Part shown: positions 1 to 11,325 of the stretch, piece after piece
Layout of the letters: each line of letters begins with the position of its first letter
Numbering within the stretch: the stretch's first letter is position 1
Origin: Bigelowiella natans CCMP2755
Lineage: Eukaryota; Protista; Cercozoa
DNA length: 42,591 nucleotides
Direction of reading: 5' to 3'
Assembly: GCA_000320545.1 (NCBI GenBank)
Contig: ADNK01000873.1
Coordinates: forward strand, 1 to 42,591
Made by a program: the position numbers and the translations under genes
Notes under the pieces: model-generated
What the model saw: the letters and a program-made list of their open reading frames with translations, nothing else
Databases searched by the model: none
What the model was told of the DNA's origin: nothing

Positions 1-32
<32 letters not shown>
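1..32. repeat. (AG)n microsatellite, intronic
   Basis: Perfect AG dinucleotide run at the window start, upstream of a ttcAG acceptor at 61-65. Confidence 0.95.
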
Positions 33-34
<2 letters not shown>

Positions 35-65
35 AAGTATTAATGTAATGTCTACTCTATTTCAG

Positions 66-256
66 CCTACATCTATAAAGCAACAGACTATAAGAACCAT
101 CCTGAACAATATGGGGTGATAGTTATCATTGTAACCGTCATTCTTCCAGCGTTTCATGGGTTCATGGTTTTATGGGGCAAATTTGGAAGATATGCCCTTT
201 CTCAATCGAAGAGAGCAAATAAGTCAAGAGTTGAAATGAGTGTCGAGCAACATTGA
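66..256 (+). CDS. Terminal exon of an upstream membrane-protein gene (partial)
   Basis: After the ttcAG acceptor the frame reads YIYKATDYKNHPEQYGVIVIIVTVILPAFHGFMVLWGKFGRYALSQSKRANKSRVEMSVEQH-TGA: one hydrophobic helix followed by a basic tail. It is absent from the ORF track at this length because the exon does not begin with a start codon. Confidence 0.6.
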
Positions 257-1061
257 ACATACATGATACACATGCAATTTCTTGAACATAGGATAAAGTT
301 TTGCGAGCTATATTGGCAGATGCCATGTGTGCATGTTGTAATTCCATGCATTAACTGTGGGGCACACACAACACGTACATGATCAACATTTAACAACACG
401 GTGTTTTGCATGGTGTGCATAGTGGATACAAGCTAGCAAGACTGTAGCTAGAAGTGGCTGCGAATTGCTGCACAATGACAATCTCTAGATCTAGCAATCA
501 TCACTTGTGTGATGATGTTCCTTCCCTTCATCCATGGATCTAGGGATTGCAAGCACCGCATGCTGTGCCAATGCCTCATTCGTGCTGACACGTGCTAGCG
601 TGCCTGGGTGTTTGATCGCTCCGACACGCGTGGTGACCGATGTTTGAACCGATCAAATGGCAAGCGGGTGTGCTAGTCTAGCTAGCTAGTGGTGTGGAAC
701 TGTGAAATGATTCTGGTGAAGCACAATCACTGATTTCAACACTTAACAGCTCACGTGTCTCTCACGTTTCACGAATATTTGCCCAGTGACGATCTTGACA
801 CACCAAATCGAAAGTGATCAAAGGCAATGCAATCATCACATGATTGATGCCATGGCAGCAACACACTAGCTTGCATGGCAAATGATGCGGCACCGGCAAG
901 TGTGCATGCGCAAGAGGCCATTCTCCGAAGCAGATACAAAATTGCATAACAAAGCGATCTGCGTACATGATGAAGCTACATTTATTTTTGTGGTCACATT
1001 GTTGATCTTTAGTTGCTAATGTGCATTTGGTGGTGGTGACAGCGTGACAGCAAATCTAGTT

Positions 1062-3000
1062 CTATCCTTCATTACTTCTTTCGCTTAAGTGCTTCCTAAG
1101 TCTAAGAATCAAAGTGCGTCGCGTTCCACGACAGGGTAATCCTAGTACTTGGAGATGCTTTTTGAGAGACTCGATCTTGATGTCACACGTTTTAAGGGAA
1201 TTTTTTTTCTCATTAATCTTATTCAATTTTATCTGGTCTCGTCTCGAGAGATATCGCGAAATTATCGTACGTGTACCACAATCTTTTTCCTGTCCTGAGC
1301 ATCCACTGCCTACACCGTTTCCAAGATAAACGCTCTCGACGTTATCTTTGATGTATTTGGAAACAGCTTTGGTTGTTTTGTATTTCTTACTTGACTTTGT
1401 CCTCTTTGTTCTTGCTGAATCATGTTTCTTCAAAAATTTCCGTTTTCGTTGACATTCAACACGAATACTAGAGGAGAATTTTTTCTTCTTTCGTCCTTCC
1501 GGAAGTTTCGGACGTACGTTTACAGTATCCTTTAGATGGCCTTGGAATTCATTTAATGTTTTGCCCTCTATCTCTGAATCCAGTACCGAAATGTCATCTT
1601 TGAACCAATCATCTTGTCTACCGAGACAACTGGTTGCGCGACGTATATGATTGCCCAGCTTTAGTATTCTTGGTCTTCCTGGAAACATTGTATTTTAATC
1701 TGTCATTTTTTGTTTAATAAAATTAGAACATGTGTTACCGTCCATGGAATCGATGGGGGGATTTATCATGAGAACGGATGAGGACTTCACATCATTGCAG
1801 GCATCTTTTATGTAACTAAACGATTTATCATAATGGCTTTTAATGTAGGTTCCAAGTTGCTGAAGTTGCAGGATAAGATCTTCCCTGTCGATCGCTCCTT
1901 TTGTAGCTTCCTTGACATTTTGAATACCGTTTCGTGTCCTATTGACTTCCTCCACAACATTCTTAATCTTATTCTCAAGTGTTCCTAGCTGCTTCTTAAT
2001 TGTATCTTGATTTTCCTACCAATATATTCAGCTTTAATGAGTAATTTAACTTAATACAACTATTTCGAGGATAAATTGCCTGAAAATTGTATTTCTGATT
2101 ACATTAGAAGAATGAATTCAACTTGTTTCAATTTCTCCTTACTCGAATGCCAGTCACAATCATGCAAAGTTTCTCCATACTCTTTACAACTAGGTTCGTA
2201 TTTGTCGCGGCAAGCTTTGTAAGATTTTCCATGTCCGACATTTGTCTTTTCGAAGCTCCGATGAAGGAAGTAAAATTATCATCTGCTTTACTCACATTAT
2301 CTATGAGTTGAGACGGAACAAGACTCTGGTTTTTGTTCTTCTTGAAGCTTTCCAGCCTCGAGGAAGGATCATTATTTGGTAGTACAGGAGGGATTTGATG
2401 TTCCAGCGTACTCTGAGTGCTTCGAATGCTCTCTTGACATTCAACATTTTGTGGCAAATTCACTCTTTCGCTTCTTTGCGACTCACATCCTATGGTCACG
2501 GCTGTTTCTTGAGAGTTATTCCAAAGTTCACCAAATGATGGCAAAGACTCCAGTTGGCAAGTTTGAATAAGACTGTTCTTATTTCTTCTTTGTAAAGAAA
2601 TGTCTGACTCTCTGATGCTACAATTATGACAGGAACTATGTGCATGGACTTTTTGATGCTTCGAATGGTTTTTCATCATCTGCCCGCGTCTTTCAAACAA
2701 TTTGCGCCTAGAGGCATCGCTCATCGTACAGTCAACGATTTCGGATTCCTGACTTTGCGAAAAGGCTTCGGAACTTTTGGACTGAGTGAAAAATGGAACA
2801 TACATGTGCTTTGGATTGAGAACAGTTCGAGTGCGTGAGGCCGTTGGGGGAGCTGAGGGCCTCGACAACATTCTGTATCTGTTGAACTCCAATGTCTTGG
2901 AGCGACCTAATAAATGGCTGATCTCACAACAAATTTAAGGGCGTTAAAGATGACATAATGATCTTCTTTAATTTTGCGGCTCACTTTTCACCGTCATCAT
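1062..3000 (-). CDS. Multi-exon coiled-coil protein with a C-terminal SAP DNA-binding domain
   Basis: Spliced model: ATG 3000 MMTVK/SRSKTLEFNRYRML... joined to ORF 2128-2892, then the coiled-coil exon ENQDTIKKQLGTLENKIKNVVEEV, then a GT..TTTCCAG intron (~1738-1679) that removes the in-frame TAA. The last exon ends IKIESLKKHLQVLGLPCRGTRRTLILRLRKHL, matching the SAP consensus (LK..L..LGL...G.+..LI.RL). Confidence 0.75.
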
Positions 3001-3163
3001 CTGCGACCTTTGCGTTTGCAAGAAAAAATCGGATACAACAAAAACGGTGAAAAGAAAGGTCATCATTGATTGAAAGTACAAATATGTGGATGTCGTTGCA
3101 CAGAAATCTGCCTGCTTGCCTTGTAGTACAAACCACATTGAGCTCAACACCGCCCAACAAATC
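3001..3163. promoter_or_regulatory. Putative compact bidirectional promoter (SAP gene / 5-phosphatase)
   Basis: Only ~160 bp between the divergent predicted ATGs; inferred from geometry alone. Confidence 0.45.
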
Positions 3164-3569
3164 ATGACCTCCTCTCGCACTGAAGATACGAGTCATGTTG
3201 ACCCGTTTGCATCATCAAACACAATATCAAAACTGAAAAATAAAATGGAGTTAATGGCCTCCAAGCATAAGAGCGAAATGGATACTCTTATAAAATATCT
3301 CGCAAGTCGAATGGCGCGATTAGAATCTAAGGTCGATAGGAAGCTCCATCAAATGCAGCAAAAGCTAGATAAGGTGGCCGGACTGCAAATTTGATGGATG
3401 CTCTTAATGTACTCAAATTTCTTTTTTTCACATGAAAAAGGTACACTCACTGATGCATTCGAAACTTGTAACACGTCCCCCAACGCTAAACATCGGATCT
3501 CCATTGACCAAGGCAACGGTCTGCTGAAATTTCTGTGTTTGAACGTAAATACGACAGTAAGAGGACTTA

Positions 3570-3610
<41 letters not shown>

Positions 3611-6600
3611 GACTCCTGATTATGTACTTTACAACACATAGAATAAAACAGCCCCCCCTGAATCCAACGTCGAGAGCGATTCTAGGAAGCGGTACCTTTC
3701 TGTTAATTGCTACAAATCTATCAAATTAATTAAAGATGCCCAGGATGCATAGGGTCTCAAAGAAGGAGGAAAAAATTGTTCCACGCCGTAGGATGACACA
3801 GGAGGTGTTTCAGTATTTTTATATGATTCATGCTGTTTGGATTTCATGGAACGTATTAAGTACCAAATGTTCCAGGAAGTCTTGGAACAAGGATATTCAT
3901 ACGCAAAAACTACGAGTCGACCAGGATCTACGTATTCTCATTTTCGTTCCTATGAGGGGTTATCATCAAGCACACGTTCAGCCTTTGAAAGGCCGAAATC
4001 AAGGGTGGAGACTGATATTACAACAAGCAGAACCAAATCAAAGAGAAAGCAAATTCGTGGGAGAGAGAGAAGGGTTCATTCCGCCTCTGTTGGCCCACGG
4101 CGGGGTGGACTCTTAAGAAGATTCTCGAAACGTCGAGACAGTGACGAACGAAGCCATTCAACAAAGCGATCTCAATCAAACCCTCGTCATCGTCAAGGTA
4201 GAAACTTCTGAGATTGTCACAATGTCACAATTAAGTTGAATTTCTTATCATTCTTATCTTGCCCTCTTTCGTAGCTGCTGCTCGGATTGGTCGAATAACA
4301 CCGTCGCCAGAAGAGCAGATGGCACGGGCTTCAGTTCGGGTGTTGACGAACTTCTGAGATAATTTACGAAAAGGAAAAACAGTTACATAATTACACAGAA
4401 AATAATGCTTGAAGGAAGGGAAGACTGGAAATCAGAGAAAACATTTAACGTTTTAACGGCAACATGGAATTGTAACAACTGCCCTCCCGGTCCCGGCGCT
4501 CTGAAGTGGCTTGGAAAAGTCAACCTATCAGAATAAATCTTTAATTTTAGATCTTGCAAGATTCAAACATCTTTAGTTGCTAGGTTCTCTCCAGAACAAA
4601 CTATAACTATTATTTCCCCTTCACAGGGAGAATCTTCACCACATTTCTATGCAATCGCTTTGCAAGAGATGGTATACTTTCATAATTAGCTATGCCATCA
4701 ATATGGACCTTAAAAGAATGAATTTAATGTTATCATTCCTGCATAGGTTGGCCTTCGGTTACGAAATGTAATCATGGATTCACGGAGTCGTGTTCGCCCT
4801 TGGATTTTGGCTATACACAGGCATGTGATTTTATTGTGAAGACCAAATGTCCATCTATGAATATTGTGTTCCTTTTTAGTTGTATCGATGGTGATTCATT
4901 TGAAACATCATATAATTTGCTAATGACAAAGCATCTTGTGGGTTTGCTACTCGTCGTATTTGTCAGGAAGGATATTTACAAGTAAGACTGATGTCAATTA
5001 GATTATCACATTCATTTCACCTTCATTTTCTGTTCCATTTAGATTTGTTCTTGACATTGATAAAGCATCAATTGGGTGTGGCACTGGTGGCGTGGGTACT
5101 TACAAATAGATTGAATTTTCTGGATCATGAATTTGGTAGACACAGGTAACAAAGGGGCTGTGGCAATACGTTTTAACTTGTTTGGATCCTCCTTCTGTTT
5201 CGTCAACGCCCATCTAGCGGTCAATGGAATACTATAACAAACGAAGCCAAATTTGTATGATTAGATCATTTACCATATGATTAGGCACACAGGGAAAATA
5301 ATTCTCAACGTAACTCAGATTATCACCGTATCATAAGCAAGGTCCGACATTTAAAGTGATCATGGCCTTACTTTATTCGATTCGAATAAAATCTATTCAG
5401 ATGCAGTTTCGCTATTCTCCGTTTACTTCTAATGCTGAAAAGACGTCTCAAAGAGCAGCGAGGTAGACTGAAAAATGATCAATCCCACCAAAACGGAAAA
5501 TGACTAACACCCTGGAATTTGTAGGGTTCTAGATCATGACTATATTTTCTTTCTTGGAGACTTAAATTTTAGGCTCAATCTTAATGATGAAAAGTTGTGG
5601 ATGGTATTTAGCATTCATACCTTCCACAACTAGCCAGTGATGAAATTTATATTTGATAAGGTTTATAGTAATATTTCAAGAAAGGAATGGGGGAATCTTA
5701 TAAAATATGATCAACTTAACGCGGCTAGAGAGGAGGGGTGAGCATTTAATGCACACATTTAATCTGTACACAAGATTTGCACAACTGCTGATTTAAGTTC
5801 GGTAGAATGAAATGCGTGGTACGATTGACATTTGATTTTAGACACAACACTACATCCACAGTAATAATATTTTTTTAAATCACATCAGCGCATGTTTTAC
5901 TGATTTTGAAGAGGCTATAATTTCGTTCCCTCCCACCTTCAAATATATGCCCAAAACCGATGACTATGCCACTGGAGATGGTAAGTACTGTTTTTACTAT
6001 CTTGGAGCATGGATCGATCACCCTTCATATGTTTTAAGGGAAAAACAGAATGCCAGCCTGGTGCGATCGTATTCTCTGGAAGGTAACAGATTGTTATACA
6101 TTTTGTACGACAAGATTCCTCAGGATTTTCCAATTTAGGCAACAGAAAAGCACCGTGTTGAACAATGTTTCTACAAATCAACAAGCGATGTAGTGGTATG
6201 ATTGATCATTTACAGTTGAATTATGCTAAGCGTTGTATTAATTTCAGAATTCAGACCACAAGCCTGTTACTGGATCCTTTTCCGTTTTGATTCCAGTTCC
6301 AAATTTAAAAAATGAAGTAACTGCATTTTTCGCCCAAGATTGTTTTCTTACTCAATTTGAACTAGGCTGCCACCCAAATTAAACGGCTCTCCAGCATTTC
6401 AGCTCTCAATAAACGGTAATCTGCAATTGACAATCTGTAATGATATTGATGTTCTGATTTCGGCAAATGTTGGTCAAAGATTGGAATGTTACAATGAAGA
6501 AGATATGAACGGATCATTTTCATCTATTGAAGTTGTAGCAGCCCCAAGCTCTCCACAGTCCGATTCGGTCTGTAAAGTATCAACATATAATCTAGAAAAT

Positions 6601-6747
6601 TCTGGCTCATTTAAAAACAATGGTCACATCTCATTGATCTTTACCTTTTGACAGACCATGAGAGCTTCTAAGGAGAGAAATAATCTTTTTGGCAAAGTCA
6701 TAGGTAGAAAAAGTCTTAGTTTGCACAAACAGGTGTACTCCATGTAA
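3164..6747 (+). CDS. Inositol polyphosphate 5-phosphatase (IPPc domain; INPP5B/OCRL/synaptojanin-type) with a low-complexity N-terminal extension
   Basis: Spliced exons give TATWNCNN, YAIALQE, HLVGLLLVVFVRK, GNKGAVAIRF, FCFVNAHLAAH, IFFLGDLNFRL, YDQL, FEEAIISFPPTFKY, PAWCDRILW and SDHKPV, the canonical 5-phosphatase motifs. Many short introns; TAA at 6745-6747. The start codon is tentative. Confidence 0.93.
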
Positions 6748-7371
6748 CGTCACTTTTAGAAGACGATGTTGCACAAACGGTTACTATCCCCATTTTGAAT
6801 GTTAAAAGATCTGTACATCCAGTTCATGCAAATATTATATTACACAGCTGCAGCTATTGACAACAAAGAACACGTATAAACATGTCAAACAGCTCAGCTT
6901 CTTTGTGATGCATTGCTATTGCATTCACTGACAGTAACCACCCACGTGCGACAAGCTAGCAAGAAGGGTTTCAAGACGGGGGTCGGTGTGTGCCATGTGG
7001 TCCTCATACATAGTAGTCATCGCTGTGGCCACGCAAGCGAAGCTGAACGAGCATGTGCATGATAACAAACAATGAATTACAATGCTAGAATGGCGCAGCC
7101 GGCGGCTGCGGCGTGTGCTCAGTGCTCCGTGCCATGCTAGCATGTGTAGTGCAATCTAGCAATGCATGCTCTAGCAAGGCCATCACATAGCCCGCGCGTT
7201 CGATTTCCATCTAGCCATGCTAGCATGTCTAGATGTGCTGACAATGCAATGTCATGATACAGCAGGTGACTCTAGTGACTACTAGACTAGCTAGCTAGCT
7301 AGCTAGATGAGCATGAAGTTGCATGACATGAGCGCAGCTTTGCACAGCTACACAAGCTAGCAAGGACAACC

Positions 7372-7623
7372 TGCGTGCGTTGTCCTGCCCGATTCAGTGG
7401 GTGCGATGATCCATTTTGGCTACTAGAGAACACATTCTCCAACATCATGATGCAAATACCTCCTTGCTAGCTTGTCCCGACACGATCACACCAACCCTTC
7501 CATGCTGGCATGTCCCGGTTGTGAGCTTGCTCTCTTCGATTGCAGAGGGCACTTTGATCGCAGCAGCTAGAGGTGTTCTTCCGTTCCAGAGTGAACAGAT
7601 TTAGTTGAAGAATCCGTAGTGTT
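7372..7623 (+). repeat. Inverted repeat, left arm (diverged, longer copy)
   Basis: Aligns end to end with the reverse complement of 8631-8850, with 8 substitutions and 6 insertions relative to it. Confidence 0.95.
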
Positions 7624-8630
7624 CAATGTTGACAAAAGCATGGAATGCTTTTGCTTGCATCTGTGTCTACATCTGTGTTGTCACTGGATCATCTCTAGAC
7701 TAGATCTAGTCATGGCATCTGCATGGGCATGCACACTGCATGTAGATCGACTTGATGGAGTTCTAGCTAGAGTTGACAGTCGCGATCGCAGGAGCGCGCC
7801 GCCAACTGTAGTGAAAGCGGAAAACGTGTGCATGCCTAGATGCGATGCTTGCATGCACAATGGACACAGCAACATCACATGTGCTACTACTGCGTGCGCG
7901 CACGCATCGGAGGCTTCTAGGCTTGTTTGTCAAAAAAGTGCATGCAAACTGTATGCTAGCGCAGCATGGCATGATGGTGCACGGTTGGATGCGCCAAAGA
8001 AGCACTTTGAAAGCGCCAAAAACACGTGCTTTTGTTTCAAACTTTCCAGTTTTTTTCATGCATTTGACAAAGATGAAAACGTGACAGTTGTGCCAGAATT
8101 TCATTTTGCTCTCGTCACTATCTCAAAGAAGCTGCGTTTTCCGTGGTGTTTGTGTGCGTAGAGGGGAGGGGGCGGGGTTGGAAATGTGACAATGGGCGAC
8201 TTCGACGCAAGCGCTCATTGTGAGTGGTTTTTTTAAAAACAGTTTGCACTGGTTCATGCGTGCGCGCGAGCGAGCTTTTTCAACGAAGTCTCGGGTCAGC
8301 GTGACAACCAGATTAGAGCCAGCGATTATCTGTATTTGTAAGAACATGCAAGACTGATCGAGCAGACGCATCGCAATTGACTCGATTGATGTCAGATAAT
8401 GCAAGCTTTATAGCTTCGAAAAATGTAGCCATCTTATGCTGTGCTTGCTGCTCGCCCAACAAACTCAGCGCACGAATCATGTATCACACAATGCACTAGT
8501 GTACACTGCATGCATTTCACGCCAAAAAACTATTGCTAGCACTATCTCTTTGGTCGATGCGTGTGTGGATTAAAGGCATCATTATTGTTCAATTCGGCAA
8601 GGCATAATTGCACTACAGCTTACTGTGTGA

Positions 8631-8850
8631 AACACTACGGATTCAACTAAATCTGTTCACTCTGGAACGGAAGAACACCTCTAGCTGCTGCGATTAAAGT
8701 GCCTCTGCAATCGAAGAGAGCAAGCTCATAACCGGGACATAGAAGGGTTGGTGTGATCGGGACAAGGAGGTATTTACATCATGATATTAGAGAATGTGTT
8801 CTCTAGTAGCCAAAATGGATTACCCACTGAATCGGGCAGGAACGTACGCA
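8631..8850 (-). repeat. Inverted repeat, right arm (220 bp)
   Basis: Its reverse complement (tgcgtacgttcctgcccgattcagtggg...ttagttgaatccgtagtgtt) matches 7372-7623. It lies ~55 bp downstream of the Mpv17-family stop codon. Confidence 0.95.
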
Positions 8851-8904
8851 AAATTGAAATTTCAGCCGGTAAATCATTGTAGAAGCTTGTCATTACTAAA
8901 GCAT

Positions 8905-9154
8905 TCAATGTGCTCCATCGCCGCCACGATAGAATGAAAGAAGGTTGCACCTAAGAGAAGATCAAAATATTAACTCCAAAATTGGACTGATGGTCGAATC
9001 ATTATTTTACCAGACAAAACTGACGCTATGTAGTATGGGCATGCGATACTGCACCGGGACACTGTAAATGACCTGAACATTATGATTTTTTATTAGAAAT
9101 CATCCAGCTCTCTCAAAAATAAAATATCTCTCGAAAGGGTAAATGGAATATTTA

Positions 9155-9218
<64 letters not shown>

Positions 9219-10618
9219 GTATACACGAGTGAGCTGTGCGCCTGCGTTTGGGTGTGTATGTCGCAATTTAGCTAAAATGTAAGTACCGTCAAGGCTGGAG
9301 CCCAGAACCCGGTCATCCCGAAGTTGTCTTCCCAAAAGTTGTCCCCGTATTTTGACATAGCGAATCTGCATTTTTGGTACGCTGTCACTGATTTACCGGA
9401 TTCTATTTCCTTATAATCCTGGTCATAGTTATAATACAAGAAGAACTGACTGTTAGACAGGGGGCTTCTACATGGTATTATTGTATCGGACTTCGATCAT
9501 CTTTGGGGTCAAATCAACTCAAAATGTCAACAAATCCATGCAAGGAGACCAAAATAATTCCATAATGTGTAATCTAAGAGGAGGGTTTCGATACATCGAG
9601 TGGTCAAACCTTTTGGTCGGGCATGATGAATTCCTGAGATACATCGAAAAGCAAAAACCTTAATCTCCGTGTGAAATAAAATGTATGTAATTAGTGCGCT
9701 TGTATGCTGTTTGTACCTTAAAGAGATAGAATGACGGCCAGCACATCAGAGGTTGGAACATGGTCATGTCTACAGCTGTAATTAAGATGATCATTTAGAA
9801 CTAACAATATTACTCTTCTTCAGGTTAAAATTACTTAGCTGGGCTCCAAGCTGTTTTAGGCCAGTTCTATATTTCAGTTTCTCGCTGAATGGCATTTCAC
9901 AAAATTTGTCCTAATGGAGAAGCATGGCCGTTAGATTCTCCGAACTCTTCAACAAAATACGCATGCCTTTGTACTGTATATCTATCAGCGCACCATGATC
10001 TTTGGATCAAAAAGCTTCCTCATCCCCTTCACACACACCAACCATTGTGTGACTCCTGTAAGAAAATTTTACGAATGATCACGTATGATTATAACCAAGA
10101 AGCCTTCAAAGGTTACCTTGAAATGCAAATCCATAAGTTGCGAAAGCCAATGTTCTGATAAATATAGATAGATAGAGTTCAAATCTAGTTGTTCTCCGAT
10201 ACATGCAAGTTGGACCACCTGTTCTTGTTCCACGTAGTAGCGTTCTTCTTTTCTATGTAGAACTGCACCAACAAATCTGCTGTGGTCGCTTTCACAGTGC
10301 TTATAGCAACCTAAAGAGAACGTGATTCTGACAAAGTGGCGGCAACTGATATTCTCTATTAATTGATACCTGAGAAGAGAATGGATACTTGGTGATAAAA
10401 TCTGTTATCGGGCGATAGAAGGAGGTTAAACTCAAGGTTGCGGCTGCTGCAGGCATCTTCTTTACTCCTCCGAGTTCGCTAAAATGCAGGACGTGCAGAT
10501 TTGGTTCCCAATGTTCTGTGTGGCGGGTCTCAGACGTAGTTTTATGAAAAGTCTCGTAGCTCGTTCGGACCCCCCGAATTGCGAGGGCGACACATAAACA
10601 GGACAAAGTTGACGACAT
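8905..10618 (-). CDS. Mpv17/PMP22 family membrane protein
   Basis: Spliced: ...FITKYPFSSQ/VAISTVKATTADLLVQFYIEKK...WNKNR/TLAFATYGFAFQG/VTQWLVCVKGMRKLF.../VDMTMFQPLMCWPSFYLFK/...KYGDNFWEDNFGMTGFWAPALT/VIYSVPVQYRMPILHSVSFVW/CNLLSFYRGGDGAH-TGA. The D...Q, R...F..YG, W.P and VP...R...VS..W...LS motifs are typical of the family. Confidence 0.88.
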
Positions 10619-11325
10619 GCTCTCATATGCCCTTGTTTTTATGGCAGTATATTGAGGAGATTTTCAACAAAATTTGGGCGAGAGATCATGTCGCTTACAT
10701 GTTCCTGATAATTATTGTTCGATGATTGCGTTACATCCGTTTCAATTGCAGTTACTTTGAAGAGCTCGATGCAAACGGCCTCGGAACAAAATCAACAGAG
10801 AAACATCATGATGTGATGTGATGTGACCTGATGAGTGTTCCATGCATTGCAATCATTGCAGAACAGACGGCTACTTTCTTCACTCGATCAAGGTTGTCTG
10901 TCGTAGTAGAAGTTTTGGATCAACTCGTGTTATTTTGCGATTTGTTCATTTTACTACAAGAAGGAATCGGATTTTGGAAAACGACATGAGATATGGAAAC
11001 AAATTCGTACGCAAGAAATAAGTTACAAAAGCAGACCCAATGAAGCCTAATTTTAAAAAGTGACAACATGTTTCCTATGTCTCCCGCTACTTCATTTGCA
11101 CATCGCGCTTCTAACATTCTCCAATTTTGTTGGTCATTTTTTTATGATTTGGTTCCTATTATCACCCAAAGACAAAGGTTTAAACGAAGATTCATGCATT
11201 TTAAGAGGAGGCGTATACGAGTGTTCTGTTGTGTTCCTCCTTCGTAATTTCCGAACAACTACCCTTCCGATTATCGAATACACCTAGGACGTACCTGCCG
11301 TACCTACAACGAGGAAGTAGAGCCA

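Noticed and set aside
1689-1697. In-frame TAA between two ORFs suggesting stop-codon reassignment or readthrough
   Set aside because: A canonical GT..TTTCCAG intron removes it in frame, and TAA, TAG and TGA all terminate other genes here.
7416-8404. Overlapping ORFs up to 180 aa rich in Cys/His/Ala/Met on both strands
   Set aside because: Expected by-product of TpA loss (fewer TAA/TAG stops; TAY becomes CAY or TGY). No domain motifs.
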